DNA from: an uncultured Clostridia bacterium
GTDB taxonomy: Bacteria; Bacillota; Clostridia; Christensenellales; DTU072
Direction of reading: 5' to 3'
Assembly (NCBI GenBank): GCA_944372095.1
Contig: CALVYG010000047.1
Coordinates: 4,678-68,677 of the forward strand
Length of the DNA stretch: 64,000 bases
This document shows, in pieces, positions 13,904 to 23,203 of the stretch (positions are counted from its first letter, which is position 1; each line of letters begins with the position of its first letter). Under the pieces are notes generated by a model. That model was given only the letters and a program-made list of their open reading frames with translations, did no database searches and was not told the DNA's origin. The position numbers and the translations under genes are program-made.

Positions 13904-14785
13904 TTAAGCATATTCACGTGAATCGGCAACATAAACGCATGCAATGGTATCGGGACCGCAATGTGTTCCGATAACCGGTCCAATATAATAATCCCATATC
14001 TCGGCATCGGGAACTTTTTCTTTTATTTTTTCAATCATTTTATCCGCATCTTCACGGCAATCTCCGTTAAGAACTATTATAGGATATTTATCAATATCAC
14101 GTACTCTTTCCGCTACTTCACTAGCAATGGTAGAAATAACGTTTTTTCTGCCCTTAATCGTTCCTGCATTATAAAGTTTTCCTTGCGCATCAATTCTTAC
14201 AACGGGTTTAATTTGCAAAACGCTCCCGAGTGCCGCCTTTGCCGCACTTAAACGACCGCCTTTTTTCAAATAAAACAAGTCATTAGGAGAGAAGGAGGCA
14301 CATACTCTAGGACAAAATTCTGTCAAAAATTCTATAATTTCATCATTAGACTTTCCTTCATTATGCATTTTAACTGCATAATAGCACGGTAATCCTGTAG
14401 CAAGACTAATACCTTTTGTGTTAAAACGACGGTACCTTGCCTTAGGGTATTTTTCGGACAACTCCTTTATTGCAATATCATGATATTTGAAAGTTCCGCT
14501 TAATTCGTCAGAAAAACTTACATACAAAATATCTTCTCCCTTTTCAAAAAAAGGCTCGAAATATTCTTTATAAATTTCTGCGTTAAGTCCGCTTGTTATA
14601 GGCATATTTCCGTTCCTTACAAGTGAAAAAAATTCTTTTGCGTCATATGTCGAACCTAAATCATAAAAAGTCTCTTTCTCACATATAGTATAAGGCATTT
14701 TAATAATAAATTTTTCGTCTAAATTTAATTCTTTTGCTTTTTCAAACGGAAGCTCAGAATCTGTGTCAATAAAAATAACCGACAT
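13904..14785 (-). CDS. DegV-family fatty-acid-binding protein
   Basis: Typical DegV sequence (IFIDTDSELP..., GTHCGPDT). SD AAGGAG is 6 nt upstream of ATG 14785. The longer track start at 14839 has no SD. Confidence 0.8.
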   Translation of the reverse strand: MSVIFIDTDSELPFEKAKELNLDEKFIIKMPYTICEKETFYDLGSTYDAKEFFSLVRNGNMPITSGLNAEIYKEYFEPFFEKGEDILYVSFSDELSGTFKYHDIAIKELSEKYPKARYRRFNTKGISLATGLPCYYAVKMHNEGKSNDEIIEFLTEFCPRVCASFSPNDLFYLKKGGRLSAAKAALGSVLQIKPVVRIDAQGKLYNAGTIKGRKNVISTIASEVAERVRDIDKYPIIVLNGDCREDADKMIEKIKEKVPDAEIWDYYIGPVIGTHCGPDTIACVYVADSREYA

Positions 14786-14872
14786 TTGTTTCTCCTTTAT
14801 GTTTTTTATTATTATAACCCATTCCGATAAAAATTGCAATATTTTTTGTTTTGATATAGTAGAACAAACCTA

Positions 14873-14901
14873 TTGCATATCATTATCATAAATGGTAAAC
14901 T
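14873..14901 (+). promoter_or_regulatory. Sigma-A-type promoter, extended -10
   Basis: TTGCAT (14873-78), a 17-nt spacer ending in TGg, then TAAACT (14896-901). The predicted TSS is about 7 nt downstream, coinciding with ATG 14909. Confidence 0.5.
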
Positions 14902-14908
14902 GATTTAT

Positions 14909-15853
14909 ATGAAAAAGATCATTGTACTCGACGGAGCTTGTGCAGCTCAAAAAGATTTAAATTTTGATTTTTTGAAAAAATTCGGTGAAGTAACTTTTTA
15001 TGAAAGAACTTCCTCCGAAGAAGTTATAAAAAGAATTCTGAATGCCGATGCTGAAATTGTCATTACAAATAAAGTAAAGATAACAAAAGAAGTAATAGAA
15101 AGTTGTCCGTGTATTAAATATATTACAGTTCTTGCTACCGGATACAATATAATCGATACGGAGTACGCTCGTAAAAATGGAATAAACGTATCTAATGTTC
15201 CGGCATACAGTACTGACAGCGTTGTGCAGCATACATTTGCATTAATATTGGACGCAGCGTGCAAAGTAAGCCAACATAACAGTGCCGTTAAAAAAGGGGA
15301 GTGGGCTTCAAATCCGGATTTTTGTTTATGTTTCGGGAATTTAACGGAACTTAAAGGAAAAACATTAGGAATAATAGGATACGGAGATATCGGGAAAAAA
15401 ATTGCATTGATTGCAAAAGCCTTCGGTATGATAATTTTGATAAATACACGCACACAAATATCCGGTTGCGTAAGCAAAGAAACAATTTATCGGAAATCGG
15501 ATATAATAACATTGCATTGCCCATTAAATCAGCAAACGGAAAGAATGATTAATAAAGACGCGATTTCATTGATGAAACAAGGCGTAATAATAATAAACAC
15601 CGCACGCGGCGGTATAATCGACGAAAACGCAGTAGCTGAAGGGCTTGAAAGCGGTAAAATAGGTTTTTTCGCTGCCGACGTTTTAAATAACGAACCGCCA
15701 GAAATAAATAATCCGATTATCAATCATAAAAATACGGTAATTACTTCGCATATTGCATGGGCAACGCTTGAAGCAAGAAAAAGATTGTTACAGGTAACCG
15801 AAAAAAATATCAGTTCATATATAAACGGAAATCCTTTGAACGTAATAAATTAA
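14909..15853 (+). CDS. D-isomer-specific 2-hydroxyacid (glycerate-type) dehydrogenase
   Basis: MKKIIVLDG N-terminus typical of the family, GIIGYGDIGKKIA NAD-binding motif and catalytic His context SHIAWAT. There is no SD before ATG 14909. Confidence 0.8.
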   Translation: MKKIIVLDGACAAQKDLNFDFLKKFGEVTFYERTSSEEVIKRILNADAEIVITNKVKITKEVIESCPCIKYITVLATGYNIIDTEYARKNGINVSNVPAYSTDSVVQHTFALILDAACKVSQHNSAVKKGEWASNPDFCLCFGNLTELKGKTLGIIGYGDIGKKIALIAKAFGMIILINTRTQISGCVSKETIYRKSDIITLHCPLNQQTERMINKDAISLMKQGVIIINTARGGIIDENAVAEGLESGKIGFFAADVLNNEPPEINNPIINHKNTVITSHIAWATLEARKRLLQVTEKNISSYINGNPLNVIN

Positions 15854-15886
15854 GAAAATTTACTTCAATACCGTAACAAAAAACAT

Positions 15887-15915
15887 TTGACAAACGAAAG
15901 AAAATATAATAATAT
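15887..15915 (+). promoter_or_regulatory. Sigma-A-type promoter for the tRNA-Leu pair
   Basis: TTGACA (15887-92), 17 nt, TAATAT (15910-15). The tRNA begins at 15926. Confidence 0.55.
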
Positions 15916-15925
15916 ATATGTGCTT

Positions 15926-16008
15926 GCGAGAGTGGCGGAATTGGCAGACGCGCATGATTCAGGTTCATGTTGGAGACAGTATGGGTTCAAGTCCCTTCTC
16001 TCGCACCA
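15926..16008 (+). tRNA. tRNA-Leu (anticodon CAG)
   Basis: Hand-folded cloverleaf. The acceptor stem is GCGAGAG/CTCTCGC and the anticodon stem CATGA/TCATG, with loop TTCAGGT. It has a long variable arm, a GGTTCAAGTCC T-arm and an encoded CCA. Confidence 0.85.
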
Positions 16009-16022
16009 GTACACAATCGCAT

Positions 16023-16106
16023 GTGGTCGTGGCGGAATCGGCAGACGCGTACGTTTGAGGGGCGTATGGTTAACCCGTGTGAGTTCAAGTCTCATCGACC
16101 ACACCA
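16023..16106 (+). tRNA. tRNA-Leu (anticodon GAG)
   Basis: The acceptor stem is GTGGTCG/CGACCAC and the anticodon loop TTGAGGG. It has a long variable arm, a GAGTTCAAGTCTC T-arm and an encoded CCA. Confidence 0.85.
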
Positions 16107-16136
16107 AAAAACAACCGAAAATTCGGTTGTTTTTTC
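16107..16136 (+). terminator. Rho-independent terminator after the tRNA-Leu pair
   Basis: ACAACCG (16111-17) pairs with CGGTTGT (16124-30), followed by TTTTT. Confidence 0.75.
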
Positions 16137-16181
16137 TATTTATCAAAGTTTATGCATAGAGTAATAAAAACGGAGTACTTT

Positions 16182-16958
16182 ATGAAAATAACCAAAGCAG
16201 TAATAACCGCGGCTGGACAAGGAACAAGACTTCATCCTTGTTCAAAATATATTCCGAAAGAAATGTTTCCGATAGGAAATATTCCGATAATAAAATTTTC
16301 ACTTGACGAATGTCTGCAAGCAGATATAAGTGAGATAGGGATTGTTTGCAACGATACCAAGGAAATACTATTCAAGTATATTAACGATCTGAAAAAAAAC
16401 GATAGTAATTATTCGGATACGGTATTTACGTTTATCCCGCAAGGCAGAGAACAGGGAACGGCAAAGGCATTGCAAGCCGCTGAAAAATTTATCGACAATG
16501 AAAATTTCTACCTTATTTTCCCTGATGAAATATCATATAAAGATTCTTTTACGGCTAAACAACTGTGCGAAGCATTTTTCGAATGCGGCAAAATATCGGT
16601 GGTAGGATTGAAAGAAATCGATAAAAAAGAATGTAGTAAATACGGAATAATTCGTTACAGCTCAAAACGAAAGAACAAATTTTTTAAAATTGAAGAAATA
16701 GTTGAAAAACCGAAAACAAATCCACCGTCAAATTACGCTTTATGCGGCAGATATATTTTTACACCGGAAATTTTCAGTTTGTTAAACAAAATAACGATAA
16801 AAGGAAACGAGTTTTATCTTACTGACGCAATAGAAACGCTTGCGAAACAAAACAAATTATTCGGTTATAAATTTAACAACGAAACATACGACACAGGCAA
16901 TGTGTACAGCTATATAAACACACAATATCAATATCTTTTAAAAGGTATAGACAGATAA
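16182..16958 (+). CDS. UTP--glucose-1-phosphate uridylyltransferase-like sugar nucleotidyltransferase
   Basis: AVITAAGQGTRLHP...KEM N-terminal nucleotidyltransferase signature. SD GGAG is 6 nt before ATG 16182. Confidence 0.75.
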   Translation: MKITKAVITAAGQGTRLHPCSKYIPKEMFPIGNIPIIKFSLDECLQADISEIGIVCNDTKEILFKYINDLKKNDSNYSDTVFTFIPQGREQGTAKALQAAEKFIDNENFYLIFPDEISYKDSFTAKQLCEAFFECGKISVVGLKEIDKKECSKYGIIRYSSKRKNKFFKIEEIVEKPKTNPPSNYALCGRYIFTPEIFSLLNKITIKGNEFYLTDAIETLAKQNKLFGYKFNNETYDTGNVYSYINTQYQYLLKGIDR

Positions 16959-17030
16959 AATATTTATATCTTCAAAAGAAATAAATATATATGCTGTGGG
17001 AATAATTAAGTATAAAATTTAAGGAGGAAT

Positions 17031-19301
17031 ATGAGGAGATATACTACGGACGCAAGGAAAGCATTGGAAAATGCGGAATCAATTTCGCTATATACCGGGA
17101 ATATTGTAGAAAGCGTCCACATACTTATCGGTATAACAGAAATCAAACAAAGCTACGGAGCAGAAATTTTATCTCGTTTGGGATTTGATTCCGGAATTGC
17201 AAAAAGCTATCTTATAAGAACTTCGCTTGCTCCTAAAAGTGAAACCGTAATAGTTAGTCCGACAGCACAAAAAATCATTGAATATGCAGAAATAGTATCT
17301 ATGGATACAAATAACTGTATTGATACTCATCACCTTCTACTTTCAATCGCATTCCATAAAAATTGCTCCGCAAGTAAAATTTTATCTAAATATAACATCG
17401 ACTACGAATCGCTTTTAAGTATTGTGCAAGGAATGAATCACAATAAAATCGGATCAGAAGACTTCAATTTAGGAAAACATGTAACAAACTCAGATTCTTC
17501 CGCTCAAACAGCAAACATTTCATATAAAATAAAAAAAAGCGATGTTAAAAATATAGATAAGCTTCTGCCGTATGGTATTGATTTAACCGAAAAAGCCAAA
17601 TCGGGGAAAATAGGAAAAATTATCGGCAGAGAAAAAGAAATAGAGCGTGTTATAAGAATTTTATCGAGAAAAAATAAAAATAATCCGATAATCGTCGGAG
17701 AAAGCGGAGTGGGAAAAACCGCAATCGTAGAAGCACTTGCACAAAATATTGCAGACGGCAATGTCCCCGATTTTCTAAAAGGAAAAACGCTTTTTTCCCT
17801 AAATCTCAATTCAATAGTTGCAGGCACTAAATACAGAGGGGAAATGGAAGAAAAACTTGAAGAAATACTCAAAACCGCTTCGAGTGACAACATAATTTTA
17901 TTTATCGACGAATTACACGCCGTACTGAATGCGGGAAGCACCGAAAACGGTAACAGCATAGGTACAATTCTGAAACCCGCAATTACAAATGAAAATTTAA
18001 GCATTATCGGAGCAACCACTTTTGCAGAATACTCAAAATTTCTTGAAAAAGACCCTGCATTTGAAAGAAGATTTATGAAAGTTATAGCAGAAGAGCCTTC
18101 TCCTGAAAAAACGTACGAGATTCTTCACGGATTAAAAAAATCCTTTGAAGACCATTACAAAATCACCATAAGCAAAGAGGCAATCGAAAGTGCGGTAAAA
18201 CTTTCTGTCAGATATATGCCTAACAGATTCCTTCCCGATAAGGCGATTGATGCATTAGACGAAGCGTGCAGTCAATTAGCTTTAACCGACAGAATAAGAG
18301 AACTTAAACCTGACGATATAAAAAACGCTATAAGTGAAATGACAGGTATACCCGTAAATGACGATGAGAATGAAAATAAAAAAATTTTAGATATGGAAAA
18401 ACTATTAAAAGAAAAAATTATCGGTCAGGATAAGGCATTGAATACTGTTTCAAAATCGATATTAAGAGCAAAATCGGGCTTACGAGAGGGGAAAAAACCG
18501 ATAGGCTCCTTTATTTTTCTTGGAAAAACAGGAACAGGCAAAACCGAAACAGCAAAAGCGCTTGCGGAAATATTATTCGGAAGCGAAAATGCGCTTATCA
18601 GGTTCGATATGAGCGAATATATGGAAAAAAATTCCGTAGCAAGACTTATCGGGGCTCCGCCAGGATATGTTGGGTTTGAAGAGGGCGGTACCCTTACCGA
18701 AAGTGTAAAGAATAAGCCTTATTCTATTATTTTGTTTGATGAAATAGAAAAAGCAAACCCCGATGTTTTCAATGTTCTGCTCCAATTACTTGACGACGGA
18801 AGACTTACCGACGGAAAAGGCAGAACCGTTGATTTTTGTAATACCCTGATTATTATGACCAGCAACGCAGGAACAGAAAAACTTTTTCAAACAAAAAAAG
18901 TAGGTTTCGGTTCTGAAACAAATTCCTACGATGAAGAAAAAATATTAATCGAATCGATTAAATCGTTCTTAAAACCCGAATTTATCAACAGAATAGACAA
19001 CATAATAGTCTTTAATAATCTTAATAAGGAAAATTTAATTAAAATAACGAAAAATATATTAGAGGTAAAAAAGAAAATTCTTTTTGAAGAAAGGGGAATT
19101 TCTCTTGATTTTACAAACGATGTGGCAGAGTATGTGGCAGAAAATGCATATAATCCCGAATACGGCGCACGCCCGATAAGACGTGCGGTTGAAACTTTGC
19201 TTGAAAATACGCTTAGTGAAATTATCCTCAAAAAAAATCTGAAAAATGCGGAAATCACCGTTAAAATCGAAAACGGTTTACCGGTAATTACCGATAAATA
19301 A
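17031..19301 (+). CDS. Clp/Hsp100 AAA+ ATPase, ClpA/ClpC-type, two nucleotide-binding domains
   Basis: It has an N-terminal Clp_N repeat. D1 carries Walker A GESGVGKTA (K229) and Walker B ILFIDELH. D2 carries Walker A GKTGTGKTE (K504) and IILFDEIEKA. There is a VGFG loop that could bind ClpP. SD AAGGAGG lies upstream. Confidence 0.85.
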   Translation: MRRYTTDARKALENAESISLYTGNIVESVHILIGITEIKQSYGAEILSRLGFDSGIAKSYLIRTSLAPKSETVIVSPTAQKIIEYAEIVSMDTNNCIDTHHLLLSIAFHKNCSASKILSKYNIDYESLLSIVQGMNHNKIGSEDFNLGKHVTNSDSSAQTANISYKIKKSDVKNIDKLLPYGIDLTEKAKSGKIGKIIGREKEIERVIRILSRKNKNNPIIVGESGVGKTAIVEALAQNIADGNVPDFLKGKTLFSLNLNSIVAGTKYRGEMEEKLEEILKTASSDNIILFIDELHAVLNAGSTENGNSIGTILKPAITNENLSIIGATTFAEYSKFLEKDPAFERRFMKVIAEEPSPEKTYEILHGLKKSFEDHYKITISKEAIESAVKLSVRYMPNRFLPDKAIDALDEACSQLALTDRIRELKPDDIKNAISEMTGIPVNDDENENKKILDMEKLLKEKIIGQDKALNTVSKSILRAKSGLREGKKPIGSFIFLGKTGTGKTETAKALAEILFGSENALIRFDMSEYMEKNSVARLIGAPPGYVGFEEGGTLTESVKNKPYSIILFDEIEKANPDVFNVLLQLLDDGRLTDGKGRTVDFCNTLIIMTSNAGTEKLFQTKKVGFGSETNSYDEEKILIESIKSFLKPEFINRIDNIIVFNNLNKENLIKITKNILEVKKKILFEERGISLDFTNDVAEYVAENAYNPEYGARPIRRAVETLLENTLSEIILKKNLKNAEITVKIENGLPVITDK

Positions 19302-19316
19302 TAGGAGGACTGACTT

Positions 19317-19847
19317 ATGAAAGTTGAAATTACCTGCAAAAATTATCGCCTTGACGAACCCACAAAATCTCTTATCGAAAAAAAACTTGCAAAATTCGAT
19401 AAATATTTTGACAAAGACGCTACCGCCAAAGTTAAATTAAGCACAGTAGGCGATTCACATAACATGGAAATTTGCGTATCGCAAGGCTCCCTTAACGTAC
19501 GTTCACTCGCTACCGGTGAAAAAATGAACGAAAATATCGATATAGTTCTTCCCAAAATAGAAAGACAAATACTTAAACACCGTGATAAAATAAGCTCAAA
19601 AATGAAAAAAGGAGCGTTTGAATCTCCCGTAATTTATTCCGAAACAGATAATGACGATGTTAAAAAACCCAATATCGTTAAAGTGAAAAAATTTAACGTT
19701 TCCGTAACCACAATAGAAAATGCAGCAGAAGAGATGGAACTTCTTGCCCATGATTTCTATATTTTCATCAACGGTAATACAAACAAGCTTTGCGTTTTAT
19801 ATAAAAGAACAGACGGCGACCTCGGTTTAATTGAACCTGAATATTAA
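19317..19847 (+). CDS. hpf: Ribosome hibernation-promoting factor, long form
   Basis: 176 aa with an N-terminal S30AE/RaiA domain and the C-terminal dimerisation domain (HDFYIFINGNTNKLCVLYKRTDGDLGLIEP). Confidence 0.85.
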   Translation: MKVEITCKNYRLDEPTKSLIEKKLAKFDKYFDKDATAKVKLSTVGDSHNMEICVSQGSLNVRSLATGEKMNENIDIVLPKIERQILKHRDKISSKMKKGAFESPVIYSETDNDDVKKPNIVKVKKFNVSVTTIENAAEEMELLAHDFYIFINGNTNKLCVLYKRTDGDLGLIEPEY

Positions 19848-19858
19848 TTATAAGTAAT

Positions 19859-20671
19859 ATGGAAATAGGACTGTCAACGGCATCTCTTTTTTCTAGAGAA
19901 CTTACCGAAAATACTTTCAGAATACTCAATTCGTTAAAAATACCTCTATGTGAGGTATTTTTAAGCACTTTAAGCGAATATGAACCGGAATTTATAAAAA
20001 TTTTATGTGAAAATAAAAAAGACGTTAAAATTTATTCAATACATACTCTCACACAACAATACGAACCGGAATTATTTAACATAATGCCTCGTACACGACA
20101 CGATTGCGAAAAAATTTTCCTTAAAACATGCGTCGCCGCAAAAAGGCTCGGGGCCAAGTACTACGTTTTTCACGGTCCCGCAAAATTCAAAAAAATTCCT
20201 TATGTCTTTAATTATCCGGAACTAGGGAAAAGAATTGAAGAGTTAAGAGCAATAATGAAAAATGTAACTGACGGACAAACAGAAATCTGTTATGAAAACG
20301 TCCACTGGGCATATTTCAACGAACCTGAGTATTTTAACCAACTAAAACCATACACGGAAGTTAAGGCATGCCTCGACATAAAACAAGCAAAATTAAGCGG
20401 ATATTCTGCTTGGGAGTATATTTCCGTAATGGGAAACCGATTGACAAATATCCATTTATGCGATTATAATGAACAAGGAAAAACAACCTTGCCGGGAAAA
20501 GGAATTTTTAATTTTGAACAACTTTTTTCGGTATTGATTGAAAATCATTACAGCGGTGCCGCAATGATTGAGGTTTACGCATCTGATTATAACGGATATG
20601 ATGAAATTGCGAGATGTTATGATTATTTAAACGAATGTATTTATAGGGCAGAAAACAAAAGGAGATATTAA
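19859..20671 (+). CDS. Xylose-isomerase-like TIM-barrel protein (sugar phosphate isomerase/epimerase family)
   Basis: 270 aa whose overall pattern (YYVFHGP..., ENVHW..., IHLCDY) is typical of the AP_endonuc_2 fold. Its specific function is unknown. Confidence 0.55.
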   Translation: MEIGLSTASLFSRELTENTFRILNSLKIPLCEVFLSTLSEYEPEFIKILCENKKDVKIYSIHTLTQQYEPELFNIMPRTRHDCEKIFLKTCVAAKRLGAKYYVFHGPAKFKKIPYVFNYPELGKRIEELRAIMKNVTDGQTEICYENVHWAYFNEPEYFNQLKPYTEVKACLDIKQAKLSGYSAWEYISVMGNRLTNIHLCDYNEQGKTTLPGKGIFNFEQLFSVLIENHYSGAAMIEVYASDYNGYDEIARCYDYLNECIYRAENKRRY

Positions 20672-20672
20672 C

Positions 20673-22082
20673 ATGATAAAAAAGGAATCAATTTATTTCG
20701 ATTATAATAATATGATGACCGATTATGTCGGAGATATTACGGGAATAACCGATGAAGATATAAATTCTCAAAAAATCTCTGCAAAAAAAGCTTTTACCAA
20801 AGTTGCTGAGGGCAGAGGTAAAAATATGATGGGGTGGACAGAACTTCCTTACAATCAAAAAGACACTGTCACAGAAATTGTTTCCACAGCAAAATACGTA
20901 AGGAAAACTTTCGACAATTTTGTTGTTTTGGGAATAGGCGGATCGGCACTAGGGCCTATGGCACTCTTTCAGGCACTTTGCCATTTACACCATAACGAAC
21001 TCCCGAAATCAAAAAGAAAAGCTCCCAAATTCTACGTAGAGGATAATGTCGACCCTGAAAGAATGGCTGCTTTACTCGATATAATAGACGTAAAAAAGAC
21101 AATGTTCAACGTAATTACTAAAAGCGGTTCAACCAGCGAAACTATGACTCAATATCTCATTATTTATGATATATTGAAAAAAGAACTCGGGGAACAAGCA
21201 TCGAAGCATATTATTGCCACTACAAGTGAAAGCAAAGGTAATTTAATAAAAATTGCAAAAAAAGAAGGCTTTAAAACTTTTTATATCCCGGATGGAGTGG
21301 GCGGAAGGTTCAGTGAACTTTGTCCAGTCGGTCTTCTTCCTGCCGCAGTTTTAGGTATTGACATAAAACTTTTGCTTGAAGGAGCCAAATATATGGATAA
21401 AAGATGTTCAAAGGCCGATGTCCGTAAAAATCCTGCACTTATGGCGGCTTTGTTACAATATATAGCAATTCAAAAGGGTAATAATATATCGGTGATGATG
21501 CCTTATGCTGACGGACTTAAACTTATGGCGGATTGGTATGCTCAACTATGGGGCGAAAGCCTTGGAAAAGCGGTTGACCTTGACGGAAACAAAGTCTATG
21601 CTGGACAAACGCCCGTTAAATCACTCGGCGTAACAGACCAACACAGTCAGGTGCAACTTTATACCGAGGGACCTTTTGATAAAGTCATAACTCTTATAGG
21701 TGTCGTAAATTACCGTAAAACCGTAGAAATTCCGAACGGGTGTGAAGATATACCCGCTGTAAACTTTCTCTGCGGACATTCGATGAATGAATTGATTACA
21801 GCAGAGATGAATGCAACGGAATATGCGTTAACAAGAGCACAAAGGTTGAATAATAAAATAATTCTCCCGGAAATAAACGCTTTTACAATGGGACAACTTA
21901 TGATGTTCTTTATGCTTCAAACGGCTTATATCGGCGCATTACTCAATATTGACACGTTTAATCAGCCCGGCGTAGAAGAAGGAAAAAATGCAACCTATGC
22001 TTTGCTTGGAAGAGAAGGGTATGAGGAAAAAGCCGTTGAACTCAGAAATAAAAAACCAAAAAATGAAAATTATATCATTTAA
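20673..22082 (+). CDS. pgi: Glucose-6-phosphate isomerase
   Basis: 469 aa with LGIGGSALGP, DGVGGRFS and GQHSQVQLYTEG-like motifs of the Bacillus-type PGI. Confidence 0.9.
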   Translation: MIKKESIYFDYNNMMTDYVGDITGITDEDINSQKISAKKAFTKVAEGRGKNMMGWTELPYNQKDTVTEIVSTAKYVRKTFDNFVVLGIGGSALGPMALFQALCHLHHNELPKSKRKAPKFYVEDNVDPERMAALLDIIDVKKTMFNVITKSGSTSETMTQYLIIYDILKKELGEQASKHIIATTSESKGNLIKIAKKEGFKTFYIPDGVGGRFSELCPVGLLPAAVLGIDIKLLLEGAKYMDKRCSKADVRKNPALMAALLQYIAIQKGNNISVMMPYADGLKLMADWYAQLWGESLGKAVDLDGNKVYAGQTPVKSLGVTDQHSQVQLYTEGPFDKVITLIGVVNYRKTVEIPNGCEDIPAVNFLCGHSMNELITAEMNATEYALTRAQRLNNKIILPEINAFTMGQLMMFFMLQTAYIGALLNIDTFNQPGVEEGKNATYALLGREGYEEKAVELRNKKPKNENYII

Positions 22083-22094
22083 GCTCTTTTAAGC

Positions 22095-22125
22095 GCAAAC
22101 GGCCGCATTTATTGCGGTCGTTTGC
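22095..22125 (+). terminator. Strong hairpin after pgi (possible terminator without a clear U-tract)
   Basis: GCAAACGGCCGCA (22095-107) pairs with TGCGGTCGTTTGC (22113-125), giving a 13-bp stem with one G-U pair and a 5-nt loop. No T-run follows. The hairpin swallows the ORF-track TTG start at 22122. Confidence 0.4.
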
Positions 22126-22133
22126 AGAAAATT

Positions 22134-23063
22134 ATGTTTGAAGTAAAGTCATTATCTTATAACTATAAGTTCGGCAATACCGCATATTCCGATGTTTCAT
22201 TCAAAATTGAAAGACACGGTTTGTTTTGTATTTTCGGAGAAGAAGAAAGCGGAAAGACCAGTCTTTTAAACACAATAGCAGGTATAATTAATCCTACAAA
22301 AGGTGGAATTTATCTTGAAGGTCAAAATATAAATAACTTGGAAACTAAAAAAAGAAATATTTGCTTTTTACAACCGCAGAATATTTTTTTTAAAAATAAA
22401 ACTTTATTTTATAATTTATCTTATCCGCTTTTAATAAGAGGTACTTCAAAAGAAACTATCAGAGAAAAAATCAATACATGCTGCAATCATTTTTGCTTAA
22501 ATGAATTTATGAATAAAAAAGTAAAAGCTCTGGATGAAAATATTTATATTACAGCGGCTTTTGCGCGCTTAACTTTAAGAGAAGCAAATATATATTTAAT
22601 TGACGACCCGTTTAAAAATCTTAAAGAGAAAGATAATTTATTTAAAAAATTTTTCCCACTGATAAAATTTCTTTCAGAAAAAGCATATGTTATATATGCA
22701 ACAAGTTACGACAGTGAAGTATATAAACTAAACACGAATACGCTTGTTCTTCATTACGGTGTACATCATCAAACCGATTTACCCGAAAATCTTAAAAATT
22801 ATCCATCGTCATGCTATCTCTATGAACTTTTTAATAAAGAATTCGTAAGAAAACAAGGATTCTTATCGAAAACCGATACTTCCGACATTTTGGAATTAAA
22901 CTGTGACGAAAATTTATACTTACTCGACAAAAAAGGTCTTCTTAACGATATTTATATAAACACCGACGTTATCGTATATGAAACATATGGTAATGATAAA
23001 AAAAATATTAAAATTTATGACCCCATAAGTGAAAAATTAATTTATTTCAACGAAATCAATTGA
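22134..23063 (+). CDS. Orphan ABC-ATPase-like protein with degenerate catalytic motifs and a MalK-like C-terminal extension
   Basis: Walker A is GEEESGKTS. The signature position reads LDENIYITAAFARL instead of LSGGQ. Walker B is IYLIDDPF, with no catalytic Glu, and there is no H-loop His. No permease or binding-protein gene is adjacent on its own transcript. Confidence 0.6.
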   Translation: MFEVKSLSYNYKFGNTAYSDVSFKIERHGLFCIFGEEESGKTSLLNTIAGIINPTKGGIYLEGQNINNLETKKRNICFLQPQNIFFKNKTLFYNLSYPLLIRGTSKETIREKINTCCNHFCLNEFMNKKVKALDENIYITAAFARLTLREANIYLIDDPFKNLKEKDNLFKKFFPLIKFLSEKAYVIYATSYDSEVYKLNTNTLVLHYGVHHQTDLPENLKNYPSSCYLYELFNKEFVRKQGFLSKTDTSDILELNCDENLYLLDKKGLLNDIYINTDVIVYETYGNDKKNIKIYDPISEKLIYFNEIN

Positions 23064-23088
23064 CAAAAAACATTTATGGTAATATATT
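23060..23088 (+). promoter_or_regulatory. Sigma-A-type promoter of the TM1266-like/ABC operon
   Basis: TTGACA (23060-65), 17 nt, TATATT (23083-88). This predicts a leader of about 140 nt. Confidence 0.55.
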
Positions 23089-23173
23089 ATAATTGTAATC
23101 TGAATCAATGAGTATTTCGGAGAGTAAGTTTGCTTATAACTATAAATATTATGGCTCAAAAAGTATAAAACTT

Positions 23174-23203
23174 TACTCCGAATTTATTCGGAGTATTTTT
23201 ATT
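23174..23203 (+). terminator. Intrinsic terminator inside the leader (attenuator)
   Basis: TACTCCGAA (23174-82) pairs with TTCGGAGTA (23187-95) around a 4-nt loop, followed by TTTTTATT. It lies 35 nt upstream of the first gene of the operon. Confidence 0.65.

Noticed and set aside
15865-16164. Three 65 to 93-aa ORFs on both strands.
   Set aside because: They overlap the two tRNA-Leu genes and their terminator. The translations simply read through tRNA sequence.
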